Of a DNA stretch of 64,000 bases, positions 9,794-18,917 are shown piece by piece; the first letter of the stretch is position 1, and the number at the start of each line of letters is the position of its first letter. The position numbers were made by a program, and so were the translations under genes. The notes beneath the pieces are model-generated. The model had not been told where the DNA came from. It saw only the letters and a program-made list of their open reading frames with translations, and did no database searches. The DNA lies in NCBI GenBank assembly GCA_965243325.1, contig CBDEUQ010000003.1, positions 830,300 to 894,299 on the forward strand, written 5' to 3'. Source of the stretch: Alphaproteobacteria bacterium. GTDB lineage: Bacteria; Pseudomonadota; Alphaproteobacteria; UBA7887.

Positions 9794-12700
9794 ATGTTGA
9801 GGCATGCAAACCGGTGCGAAGAGATGGACTTGGACGCTGCTCAGTGTCGCCAAACGTCTCGATGGCGGACGGGTGAAGGGGCCGTTCAACCACGCCTTTG
9901 TCGGCAGGCAAGGTTGTTGCCCGCTGGGATCTTTGCCGCGCTCGCGACCGCTGTCGTTGCCGCTCTTCCCGTTCCGGCACCGGCACAGGCGGACACTGGT
10001 GTCGCGCCCGTCCTCGTCCGCGCAGAGCTCGTGCCGCAGATCGGTCACCGAGCATTCGTCCTGTCGGTGGCGTACAGCCCTGATGGCGATCGCGTCGCCG
10101 CCGGCGACGGTGCAGGATCCGTGCGCATTTGGGACGCGCGTACAGGCGAGGAGACGGCGTTACTGGCCGGCCACGCAGGCAGTGTCAACGCAGTGGTCTA
10201 CAGCCCCGACGGCAGCCGCATCGCCTCGGGCGGCGATGACGGGACGGTACGGATTTGGCACGCGCACACGGGCGCAGAGACGGCGGTACTGACCGGCCAT
10301 ACGGACGGCGTTAACGCAGTGGTCTACAGCCCCGACGGCAGCCGCATCGCCTCGGGCGGCGATGACGGGACGGTACGGATTTGGCACGCGCATACGAGTG
10401 CAGAGACGGCGGTGCTGACCGGCCATGCAGACCGCGTCAACACAGTGGTCTACAGCCCCGACGGCGCCTTCATTGCGTCAGGCGGAAGCGACGGGGTGTG
10501 GATCTGGAATGCGTACTCAGGCGATGAGGCGAGCAGGCTACGCAACAGTGCGGACTGGGTCTCGTCAATGGCTTACAGCCCTGACGGCAGCCGCATCATC
10601 ACGGTTAGCGGTGAGGGGACGGCGCGCATCTGGAACGCTCATACGGGACATGAGGCGGGTGGCCTGAGCGACGATGCGCGCTGGGTCTCGTCGGTGGCGT
10701 ACAGCCCTGACGGCAGCCGAATCGCTACCGGCAGCCGCAGTGAAGTCGTGTGGATCTGGGATGCCGACACGGGCGCAGAGACAGTCGTACTGCCCGGCCA
10801 CCGAGGCGGCGTCAACGCGGTAGCGTACAGTCCGGACGGCAGCCGCATCGCCGTCGGCAGTCACGACGGGACAGTACGGATCTCGGATGTCGACACGGGC
10901 GAACTGATGCCCGTCCTGGCGGGCGACGAGGAAGGGCTCTCATCGGTAGCGTACAGCCCGGACGGCCGCAGCATCGCAGTAGCCAGCAGTGACAGGACGG
11001 TACGGGTCGTGGCTGCCGATACGGGCGCAGAGTTGCTAGTGGTGGGGGGAGACGATCCGATCCGGCCGCAGGTCGCTTACAGTCCGGACGGCAGGAGTAT
11101 CGTCTCGGGGAGCTATGACGGTAGGGTGCGGACATGGGATACCAATACGGGTGAGCTGAGAGCCGTATGGGAGGGCCACCAAGGGGTCGTCAACTCGGTG
11201 GCCTTCAGTCCCGACGGAAGCCGCATCGCCTCGGGCAGCACCGGCGATGGGACGCTGCGGATCCGAGATGCCACAACGGGCAAAGAGTTGCTTGCCATGA
11301 ACGACCCCGATCGCTGGGTCGGAGCCGTGGCATACAGCCCGGACGGACGGAGCATCGCCTCGGTCAGCCACTACAACACGATACGGATCTGGGATGCGTA
11401 CGCCGGATCCGAAACGGCAGAGATCGAGGTTGGCGCTGAGGTCCATTCGGTGACGTACAGCCCGGATGGCAGGTTTGTCGCCTCTGGTGCTGATGATGGG
11501 ACGGTGCGGATTTGGGAGACTCATACGGATGAGCTGAGAGAGCTGTTCGGGCATCAGCGAGCGGTCCACTCCGTGGCGTACAGCCCGGATGGCGGGAACA
11601 TCATCTCGGGTAGCTATGACGGGACGGTACGGATCTGGGATGCCGACACGGGTCATTCGCAGATCACGATAACGGGCGCCGGCCTCGTCAATTCCGTGGC
11701 GTACAGCCCGGACGGCACGCGCATCGCCACGGCCGCCTACGAGGGATGGCTGCGCACATGGCAGATCGGTCGACCGAACTCCACGATAGTGACCCCCGAG
11801 ATGGTATACCTGAATTTTCCGGGACGGAGGTGGGTCGCGTTCCGGCCGGAACGTCTCTACTACGTCGCCAATTCCGGCGCCGAGCGTCACGTGCGCATTC
11901 GCTTCGACGGCCATCTATGCCACATCTTCCGCTTCCTTCTCCGCGCCAGCTCCTGTCCCGTCTACCCGCTCGAGTGGTACCGGGACGTATTGCGCCTCGA
12001 CCCTCGGGAACCGGATCTCTACGCCGCGTTGCAACGGCAGGATCCCGACATCCGCCCGGAGGAGCTGCGCATGGTATGGGAGAGAATGAATTGGTTGCCG
12101 GTCGTCTCGGGCGGCCTCGTCCTCGTCATGCTGGGAATCACGATCCAGGCCCTGCGGCAGCGTCGCGACCCACTCGCGCTGATGAAAGAGTTCTTCACGG
12201 CAGCCAACGACTACGATGTGCAACGCAAGTTGACCAGACACGCGCTCCTGCTCGGGGACAGGAAAGCCACCCACCACTTTGCGGTCCTGAACGCCAACGG
12301 CCCCGACGATGTGACGTCGGCTCTGGCACGGCGTACCGGGCGTACCGGGCGTTCGAAGGGTGTTCCGCTGCTGTTCCTGATTGAGCCGCACCCCGACTCG
12401 GATCGGCTGCACGAACGAACAAGGGAAGCGTACGGGATCAAGGCGGCTCACCGGGTCGACGTCGTTCCGATGGCTCTGGCGACGCTGGAGCGGGCGCTCA
12501 GGCACGGTACCGTCGATGCGGAGGTGAACGCAGCGAAGGACCTCTACGTAACTCGTCAGGATCCCTACTTCGAGAGCGTCCCGGTCAAGGATCCGACTCT
12601 GTTCTTTGGTCGTTCCGCTCAGTTGCAAACCATTCCGCGTCTGTTGTCGCAAGGTCAGCACGTCGGTGTCTTCGGGCTCCGCAAGACGGGCAAGACCTCG

Positions 12701-13627
12701 CTGGCGCACCAACTCCGGCTGAGATTCGGTGGAGCCCCGGTCGTCAGTATCAACTGCCAGGAGCTCGACCGCCAATCGGCCGCGCAGCTCCTCCGGCGCA
12801 TCGCCGAAGAGCTGCGCAGCGACCTCCGGAACCGGTTCGACGTTCGGGCCGACAGCGACGCCGGCGGTGGCTGCGGCACCCAACTGCGATCCCTGATTGG
12901 CGCGTGGCAGGCGCTTCGCTCGGAGCCGTTCGTCATCATCCTCGACGAGATCGAAACCCTGCTTCCCTTCACCGACTCGAACGAGAACCATGATCTGCTC
13001 GTGGAAGGCAGGATCGTGTTGGGAGTTTTGCGTGCACTCGCCCAGGAGTTGAAGGGTGTGGTGCTGGTGGTGATCGCCAAGCGGCCCGACGTCAATCGGA
13101 TCAACCGCCTTCCCGCCGGCGCCGGAGAGAATCCGATGTTCATGGGATTTCGCGAAGTGTACGCCGGCGCTCTACCCACCGACGAATGCGACTCCATGAT
13201 CCGCGAGTTGGGCGCATGGCGAGGAATTCACTGGGACCCGGAAGCGCTGCGGCTCCTCTACCGTTACTGTGGCGGCCATCCCTTCGTCGCGCGCCTGTTC
13301 GCCAGCGACGCATGCGAGCAGGGTCGGCGCACTCGGATCACGGCCGATTGCGTGGAGCGTACGGCGGACAACATCAGGATCACGATGCGGTCGCATCTGA
13401 TCGGCAGGGTGTACAAGCAAATCCACGAAGAGCTGCGAATCGAAGAGATCGAGTTCCTGAGACGGATCGCCGTCGGATCGGGGCCACTGAGCGAGTCGCG
13501 GCTCCGGCCCAGCCAAGAGCAAGCTCTGACGGATCTGGAGAACTTCGGGTTGGTGACCGGCGGGAGCAGCGTCGAGATCTCGCCGAAACTGTTCGAGTAC
13601 TGGCTTGCGACGGAACAGTGCGCATGA
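9794..13627 (+). CDS. Signal peptide + ~14 WD40 repeats + TM helix + STAND/AAA P-loop ATPase (start uncertain)
   Basis: Repeated GH...VNAVVYSPDGSRIASGGDDGTVRIW; TM WLPVVSGGLVLVMLGITIQAL; FFGR, Walker A GLRKTGKT, Walker B IILDEIE, CGGHPF. Confidence 0.9.
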   Translation: MLRHANRCEEMDLDAAQCRQTSRWRTGEGAVQPRLCRQARLLPAGIFAALATAVVAALPVPAPAQADTGVAPVLVRAELVPQIGHRAFVLSVAYSPDGDRVAAGDGAGSVRIWDARTGEETALLAGHAGSVNAVVYSPDGSRIASGGDDGTVRIWHAHTGAETAVLTGHTDGVNAVVYSPDGSRIASGGDDGTVRIWHAHTSAETAVLTGHADRVNTVVYSPDGAFIASGGSDGVWIWNAYSGDEASRLRNSADWVSSMAYSPDGSRIITVSGEGTARIWNAHTGHEAGGLSDDARWVSSVAYSPDGSRIATGSRSEVVWIWDADTGAETVVLPGHRGGVNAVAYSPDGSRIAVGSHDGTVRISDVDTGELMPVLAGDEEGLSSVAYSPDGRSIAVASSDRTVRVVAADTGAELLVVGGDDPIRPQVAYSPDGRSIVSGSYDGRVRTWDTNTGELRAVWEGHQGVVNSVAFSPDGSRIASGSTGDGTLRIRDATTGKELLAMNDPDRWVGAVAYSPDGRSIASVSHYNTIRIWDAYAGSETAEIEVGAEVHSVTYSPDGRFVASGADDGTVRIWETHTDELRELFGHQRAVHSVAYSPDGGNIISGSYDGTVRIWDADTGHSQITITGAGLVNSVAYSPDGTRIATAAYEGWLRTWQIGRPNSTIVTPEMVYLNFPGRRWVAFRPERLYYVANSGAERHVRIRFDGHLCHIFRFLLRASSCPVYPLEWYRDVLRLDPREPDLYAALQRQDPDIRPEELRMVWERMNWLPVVSGGLVLVMLGITIQALRQRRDPLALMKEFFTAANDYDVQRKLTRHALLLGDRKATHHFAVLNANGPDDVTSALARRTGRTGRSKGVPLLFLIEPHPDSDRLHERTREAYGIKAAHRVDVVPMALATLERALRHGTVDAEVNAAKDLYVTRQDPYFESVPVKDPTLFFGRSAQLQTIPRLLSQGQHVGVFGLRKTGKTSLAHQLRLRFGGAPVVSINCQELDRQSAAQLLRRIAEELRSDLRNRFDVRADSDAGGGCGTQLRSLIGAWQALRSEPFVIILDEIETLLPFTDSNENHDLLVEGRIVLGVLRALAQELKGVVLVVIAKRPDVNRINRLPAGAGENPMFMGFREVYAGALPTDECDSMIRELGAWRGIHWDPEALRLLYRYCGGHPFVARLFASDACEQGRRTRITADCVERTADNIRITMRSHLIGRVYKQIHEELRIEEIEFLRRIAVGSGPLSESRLRPSQEQALTDLENFGLVTGGSSVEISPKLFEYWLATEQCA

Positions 13628-15000
13628 ATGACAATCCGTATCGGTATCAGATCCCGGGTCACCATTACGTTGGCGATCTACCCCGGCGAGTCATCGAGGG
13701 CATGACGAATCGAGGGGAGCATTTCGGCATCATCGGCGGTCGGCGCTGCGGGAAGACCTCGATCCTCAAGGTTCTGGAGCGACGTCTCCCAAACGAATCC
13801 TCGGCACAGGCGGTGGTGCCGGTGCCGATCCATGTGAACGCGCTTGATCGAGTTTCTCCCGGCGTATTGTTTCGCGAGATCCTCACGGCGATGATAACGG
13901 AATTGAAAGGGGATCGGTGGAGCGCATTTGCTCGTGAAGAGGAGCCTTACGCCGCGTTCAGGGCCGCGTTGAAAGAACGTATGGGAAACGACCTGACGGA
14001 TCGCTATGGCGGCGATTGGATGGTCGCGATACTAATAGACGAAATCGATACTGTTGCTGAGCGGCTGAAGGAGAATGGCTACGGTGACGTCTTCTTCGGG
14101 AACCTGCGGCATCTGGTCATGGACCACGAAATGCGCGGTGGTTTTCGCCTGGTCGTTACCGGCGTGAATGATCCAGAGGGCGTTATCAATAGAGGGTCAC
14201 CGTTCAACATGCTGGCAACAGTGCATCTCGGGATTCTCGGTGCCGAGAACGTGGACACCTTGATAGAAGTCGGATTCCGTGATGGAATGCCGAGCCGTGC
14301 GAAAGAGCGGCTCCTGGAGTTGACAGGGCGCCACCCGTACTTGCTTCAGGGTGTACTGCAGAGGCTCTGATGTCCCGGTGCCCGGAACCTGGACGGCGAG
14401 GTGGTCCAAGGAGCGGCGGATTCGTTCCAGCACGAGCACAATGACTTTGCGCGGTGGCTCGACGTATTCGAGAGTGTGACGCGGAGCACTTACGCGTACC
14501 TGTCGGCGCAGGCCGACCGAGGGATGTCGGCTGCCGAGCTGTCGGCCAAGTTGTCTGAGTCGTCGGGCGGAGGCGTAAGTCCCGGGAAGGTGAGCGATGC
14601 GCTCACAGTGCTCGCGACTCACGGAGTGATCGAGCAGGTAGGAGCATCCTATCGCATCAGCGGAACGATGTTCCGGGACTGGTTCGATGCGCATGCTCCG
14701 GTGGCAACGGATGAAGTTCTCCAGATTCTGGATCGGCTGAAGGCAGCCATGGAACGACTGGACATTTCGGCGCATGATCGCCGTCGCGCCGAGGACTACT
14801 TGGAAGGCGCACGGAATGCGCTCGTCCGAGGCGACGGATCTGATCCCGGCGCGGCTAAAGCAGCGGTTGCGAATGCCCTCAGGAGAGTCTGGGGAATCGT
14901 GAGGGGAGCACGCGAGGCGGCGGGGATTCTCATGCTAATTCGAGAGCTCGTACCCTACGTGGGTAGGGCCTTGGCTTGGATCGAAACTCTCATGAGGTAG
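13624..15000 (+). pseudogene. Partner AAA/STAND ATPase with in-frame premature TGA at 14368-14370
   Basis: ATGA overlap with the upstream gene; GGRRCGKT, LIDEID, TGRHPY. The frame continues after the TGA to a TAG at 15000. Confidence 0.8.
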
Positions 15001-15029
15001 GCGTCCAATATGCTCGCTCGCGGCGACCG

Positions 15030-15589
15030 CTACGTTCGCCGTTCGCTTGCCCCTGCCAGGGCCTCGGCGAACCCGCCCGCGAGCACGATCCGGACGAGAT
15101 CGTCGCCGACGGCTGCCTGCCCGGTGCCTTGGAGTTCGCCCGCGAACAGCCGGTCAAGGGATGTCGGTCTCGTACCCGCGATTTCAGCGTGTGCCAGGGG
15201 CAGCAGGCGAGGGGTCTCGATCCGGACCGCCAGGCTGTCCGCGAGCCGAGGCAGCGTCATGACGTTCGCCGATCCAGTCAGCAGGGAACCGGCCAGGCCG
15301 ATAGTCCTCGTCCACGGACCTCTTGATCGCCAGGAGAAGGTCGGGCGCACGCTGGATCTCATCGATGGTCGCCTCGTTCAGGCCGCGAACGGAACCGGCC
15401 GGATCGGATTGCGCGGCGTCGAGCAGTCGTTCGATCGTCGTGTGTAATATAGGTGCGGTCCGTTCCGCCGATCTTGCGGACTAGGGTAGTTTTCCCCGCT
15501 CGGCGCGGGCCCACGATCAGAACGACCAGCGTGTCCGAGAGGGCTTCTTCGGCTTTGCGCTCCAGCAGGTGGTCGTACATGCGAGCCAC
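15030..15589 (-). pseudogene. AAA_14/DUF4143-type ATPase fragment, frameshifted
   Basis: VLIVGPRRAGKTTL, IDEIQR and LLTGSAN fall in different frames; truncated. Confidence 0.8.
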
Positions 15590-15715
15590 TTCCCTGTTTC
15601 TGCCGATTGGGAATGTATGGCATGATGATTGGCGGTCAACAGACTGACAATTGGTAGCTCCTGATCTACCAACTGGCAGTGAGACCCAACGCAGCTTGTC
15701 GGGCAGAGAGCAGTG

Positions 15716-16018
15716 CTACGCGACGGACTGTGGCCGGTGCGGCTGCATTTCGATTTGGTCCTCGCGTCTCCGCGCCTGCACGAGATCGTAAGTGGTTTGG
15801 CGTCGTAGCCAGAACTCTGCATTGGACCAGCCTGCCTTTTCGAGACGGATCGCCATTTCAGGCGAAATCCCCGCGTGACCGTTGACAACCCGGGATAATG
15901 TATGACGCGCGACACCCAGCACCCGCGCCGCTTCGGTCACGCTCATGCCGAGCGGCTCGAGGCAGTTTTCGCGAACACCGCGTCCGGGATGGGGAGGATC
16001 GATCATCGGCATGCTCAT
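15716..16018 (-). CDS. higA: HigA-family antitoxin (HTH)
   Basis: PPHPG...[37 protein letters not shown]. Confidence 0.9.
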   Translation of the reverse strand: MSMPMIDPPHPGRGVRENCLEPLGMSVTEAARVLGVARHTLSRVVNGHAGISPEMAIRLEKAGWSNAEFWLRRQTTYDLVQARRREDQIEMQPHRPQSVA

Positions 16019-16026
16019 GGCTCCCG

Positions 16027-16306
16027 TCAGTGGTAGTCAACCAGATCGACATCGTAGGCGTCGCCGTCCGCAAGGCGGAAGGACATGCGCCAGTTTCCCG
16101 AAATCGAGATGCTCCAGTACCCCTTGAGATCGCCCTTCAGCGGATGAATCCGGTAGCCGGGCAAGTCGAGGTCGGAGGGCTTGCATGCATCGTCGAGGTC
16201 AGCCAGCGCCAGTGCTACACGATCCGAAAGCTCGGATCCTAACTCTGCTCGTATCTGCGCGCTCATACATCCGCTTGAGGCCTCGATGACGAAAGCTGCG
16301 GATCAC
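16027..16306 (-). pseudogene. higB: HigB/RelE-family toxin, frameshifted
   Basis: GTG-IRSFRHRGLKRMYE is in one frame and LDLPGYRIHPLKGDLKGYWSISISGNWR...VDYH in another. Confidence 0.82.
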
Positions 16307-16620
16307 GGCTGTGTGTATAGCATGTCGGTACACATATCAACGGAAACCGGCGGAATCCGAGAGGGCGGTGAGGATTTGCGGCCCCTCGGTTTGGCTACGT
16401 CGCCCATGGGCGACGTATGAGTACACGCGCGAGGCTACCCGGCGTTGCGCCCTTGAAAACGGGGTTTTCGTTGCCCTTCGTGCCGCCTCCCCCTGTCCCG
16501 GCCCTAAGGATCGTACTCCAAAAGATCTTGTGCACGTTCCGGCCCTGCGTTGGCCAGCATTGGCATTGATAGTGCCAAAACGACGGCGTAGAGAGCGGTT
16601 ACGATGGTTCGGCGCATGGT

Positions 16621-17043
16621 TCATTTCTCCTCGGTGATGGTTTCACAATTTTTTCTGTAGAGCCTCGTGGCTTCGTCTGCCGCGGCTTCAGCGTTCTTCA
16701 GTTCTCGCCAGTAAACCATTGCCTTGCCCCTTTCTTCGCCAGCAACGAAGGTTAGGGATTCTGAGTCCGAGGAAACCTGCCAACCTTCAATGTTTGGGAT
16801 TGCGGCATAGGTGACGTTGCCTTTTGCGTTCAGGTACCGTGCGTAGTAATTCGCCGCCAGGATCTGGTATTCGACTATGGTTAGCCTCTTTTCGGCACAT
16901 CGTAGGGCGCCGGAAGTCGCGAAGTTGTCCAATACCAATCCAACGACGGCCCCAAGAGCGGCCAAGACAGCAACCACAGATGCAAGCAACGTCCAAACGG
17001 AGGATAGGGCGTTCCAGCCGCCAGAGTTTCCTTCTATCGCCAT
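16621..17043 (-). CDS. Hypothetical membrane-anchored protein
   Basis: N-terminal hydrophobic helix; low-GC ORF of 140 aa. Confidence 0.55.
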   Translation of the reverse strand: MAIEGNSGGWNALSSVWTLLASVVAVLAALGAVVGLVLDNFATSGALRCAEKRLTIVEYQILAANYYARYLNAKGNVTYAAIPNIEGWQVSSDSESLTFVAGEERGKAMVYWRELKNAEAAADEATRLYRKNCETITEEK

Positions 17044-17159
17044 CTACAACAGAGCTCCGATGACGACATCCGCGGTGGCAATCCACACCGCCGTGTGGCG
17101 CACCGGCAGCGTTGCGATTTCATTGTCGTCCACCATCTCTAGCTCCGGAGCCCGCCACG

Positions 17160-17182
17160 GTAGAAAGTAGTATACTTTCTAC
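17160..17182. promoter_or_regulatory. Perfect AT-rich palindrome, operator-like
   Basis: GTAGAAAGTA-GTA-TACTTTCTAC. Confidence 0.45.
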
Positions 17183-17215
17183 GAACCCTTGACGCAATCT
17201 TGGTTGTCGTTAGCA

Positions 17216-18616
17216 TGTCGGTAACACACGGTATGTCCGGTCCATGTACCAGATGATCTGTCCGGTTTTAGATCGCCTCCACGGTGTGGAGGGAGGCGAT
17301 GCGTCGGACGGAGCGGGTACAGGGGCTTAGGCTGATGAAGTTCGAGGAGATTTACGGTCGCACGCGGCGCGGGGCGCTGGCTCAGTCGGAGGCGGCTGAG
17401 ATACTCGGGGTCTCGGAGCGCACGTTTCGTCGCTGGCGCGATCGCTACGAGGCGGAGGGGGCCGAGGGTCTGTACGACCGCCGGCTGGGGCGGGCGTCGG
17501 CGCGGCGGGCGCCGGCGGACGAGGTGGCGCAGGTTCTGTCTCTGTTCGCCACCCGCTACTGGGACTTCACGGCCCGGCACTTTCACGAGAAGCTGGTTGC
17601 CGATCATGGCTGCGAGCGCAGCTACAACTGGGTGCGTCTGACCTTGCAGGCGCACGGCCGCACTCGCGCGGCCCCGCGGCGCGGGGCGCACCGGCGCAAG
17701 CGGCCTCGTCGTGCGCTTCCCGGCATGATGCTGCACCAGGACGGCTCACGGCACGAGTGGGTTCCCGGCCGCTGGTGGGACCTGATCGTCACCATGGACG
17801 ACGCCACGAGCGAGATCTACTCGGCCTTCTTCGTCGAGGAGGAGGGCACGATGTCGAGCTTCCGGGGGCTGTCCGAGGCGATCCGCGGCCGCGGGCTGTT
17901 CTGTTCGCTCTACGCCGACCGCGCCAGCCACTACTGGCACACCCCCGAGGCCGGCGGCAGGGTGGACAAGGACACCCCGACCCAGGTCGGGCGCGCGCTT
18001 GGCCAGCTCGGCATCGAGCTGATCCCGGCGTATTCGCCCGAGGCCAGGGGGCGCTCGGAGCGCATGTTCGGGACCTTGCAGAAGCGCCTGCCGCAGGAAC
18101 TCCGGCTTGCCGGCATCAGCGGGATCGAGGGGGCCAACCGCTTTCTCAAGGAGGTCTATCTGCCCCAGCACAACGCCCGCTTCCAGGTGACGCCCGAGGC
18201 CGAGGGCTCGGCCTTCGTCCCCTTCGCCGGCGACCTCGACGACATTCTCTGCATCCAGGAGGAGCGCACCGTCTCAAACGACAATACCGTGCACTACAAG
18301 CGCCGGGTCCTCCAGCTCCCCGCCGACCGCCACCGCCGCCACTACGTCAAGGCCACGGTCCGCGTCCACGAGTATCCCGACGCAACCCTCGCCGTCTTCC
18401 ACGGACCCCGGCGCCTCGCGCGCTACCGCGCCGACGGCGAGCCCATCGACACGCCAACACGGCAGGCCGCGTAACCCGCTTCGACGCGACCGGCCGGAGG
18501 CCTGTGGACAAGTGGACAGCCGCTGCGCGCCTGACCACTTCCCCACAGGCCCAACATCAACAGAAGCGGTCAATTCATTTGGTACATAAACCGGTCAACT
18601 CAGAATGTGCTCGACA
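17216..18616 (+). mobile_element. ISNCY/IS1202-like (IS481-related) IS with 18-bp target duplication
   Basis: Ends TGT...ACA; direct repeat TCTTGGTTGTCGTTAGCA at 17198-17215 and 18617-18634. Confidence 0.88.
17299..18474 (+). CDS. ISNCY/IS1202-like DDE transposase
   Basis: HTH AAEILGVSERTFRRW; MLHQDGS, MDDAT, LYADRAS, SPEARGRSERMFGTLQ. Confidence 0.93.
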   Translation: MRRTERVQGLRLMKFEEIYGRTRRGALAQSEAAEILGVSERTFRRWRDRYEAEGAEGLYDRRLGRASARRAPADEVAQVLSLFATRYWDFTARHFHEKLVADHGCERSYNWVRLTLQAHGRTRAAPRRGAHRRKRPRRALPGMMLHQDGSRHEWVPGRWWDLIVTMDDATSEIYSAFFVEEEGTMSSFRGLSEAIRGRGLFCSLYADRASHYWHTPEAGGRVDKDTPTQVGRALGQLGIELIPAYSPEARGRSERMFGTLQKRLPQELRLAGISGIEGANRFLKEVYLPQHNARFQVTPEAEGSAFVPFAGDLDDILCIQEERTVSNDNTVHYKRRVLQLPADRHRRHYVKATVRVHEYPDATLAVFHGPRRLARYRADGEPIDTPTRQAA

Positions 18617-18624
18617 TCTTGGTT

Positions 18625-18805
18625 GTCGTTAGCACATGATCTGTCCGGTTTAGGTAGCACACGGTTTGTCCGGCACGGTGCCTCGAGGAGGTGCCTGGAT
18701 GGTCCAGACGACGTGGCTACAGGAGCGCAGGATGGAGAAGTTTTGCGATGTGCTGGAGCGCTTCGATGCGAAGCGCCTGTCGGCGCACGACGCGACGGAG
18801 GCCGC
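18625..18805 (+). pseudogene. Left end and N-terminal fragment of a related IS (the target of the insertion above)
   Basis: TGT start with internal TGTCCGG repeats like those of the intact IS; GAGGAGG RBS, then MVQTTWLQERRMEKFCDVLERFDAKRLSAHDA. Confidence 0.65.
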
Positions 18806-18917
18806 GGCGAGGGGGTATGGGAACCCCAGGAAGGCGCGCGCGACCGCAGGTCGGCGCACCGGCGCCGCATCGCTTGTCGGGACCGTCGTGCTTCCGTCCA
18901 GGGCGCACGAGGCAGGC

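Noticed and set aside
10060..11770. Periodic DNA repeats as a CRISPR array
   Set aside because: They are in-frame ~126-bp WD40 coding units with no spacer structure and no cas genes.
14368..14370. Selenocysteine or alternative-code TGA
   Set aside because: No redox context or evident SECIS, and TGA is used as a normal stop throughout the window.
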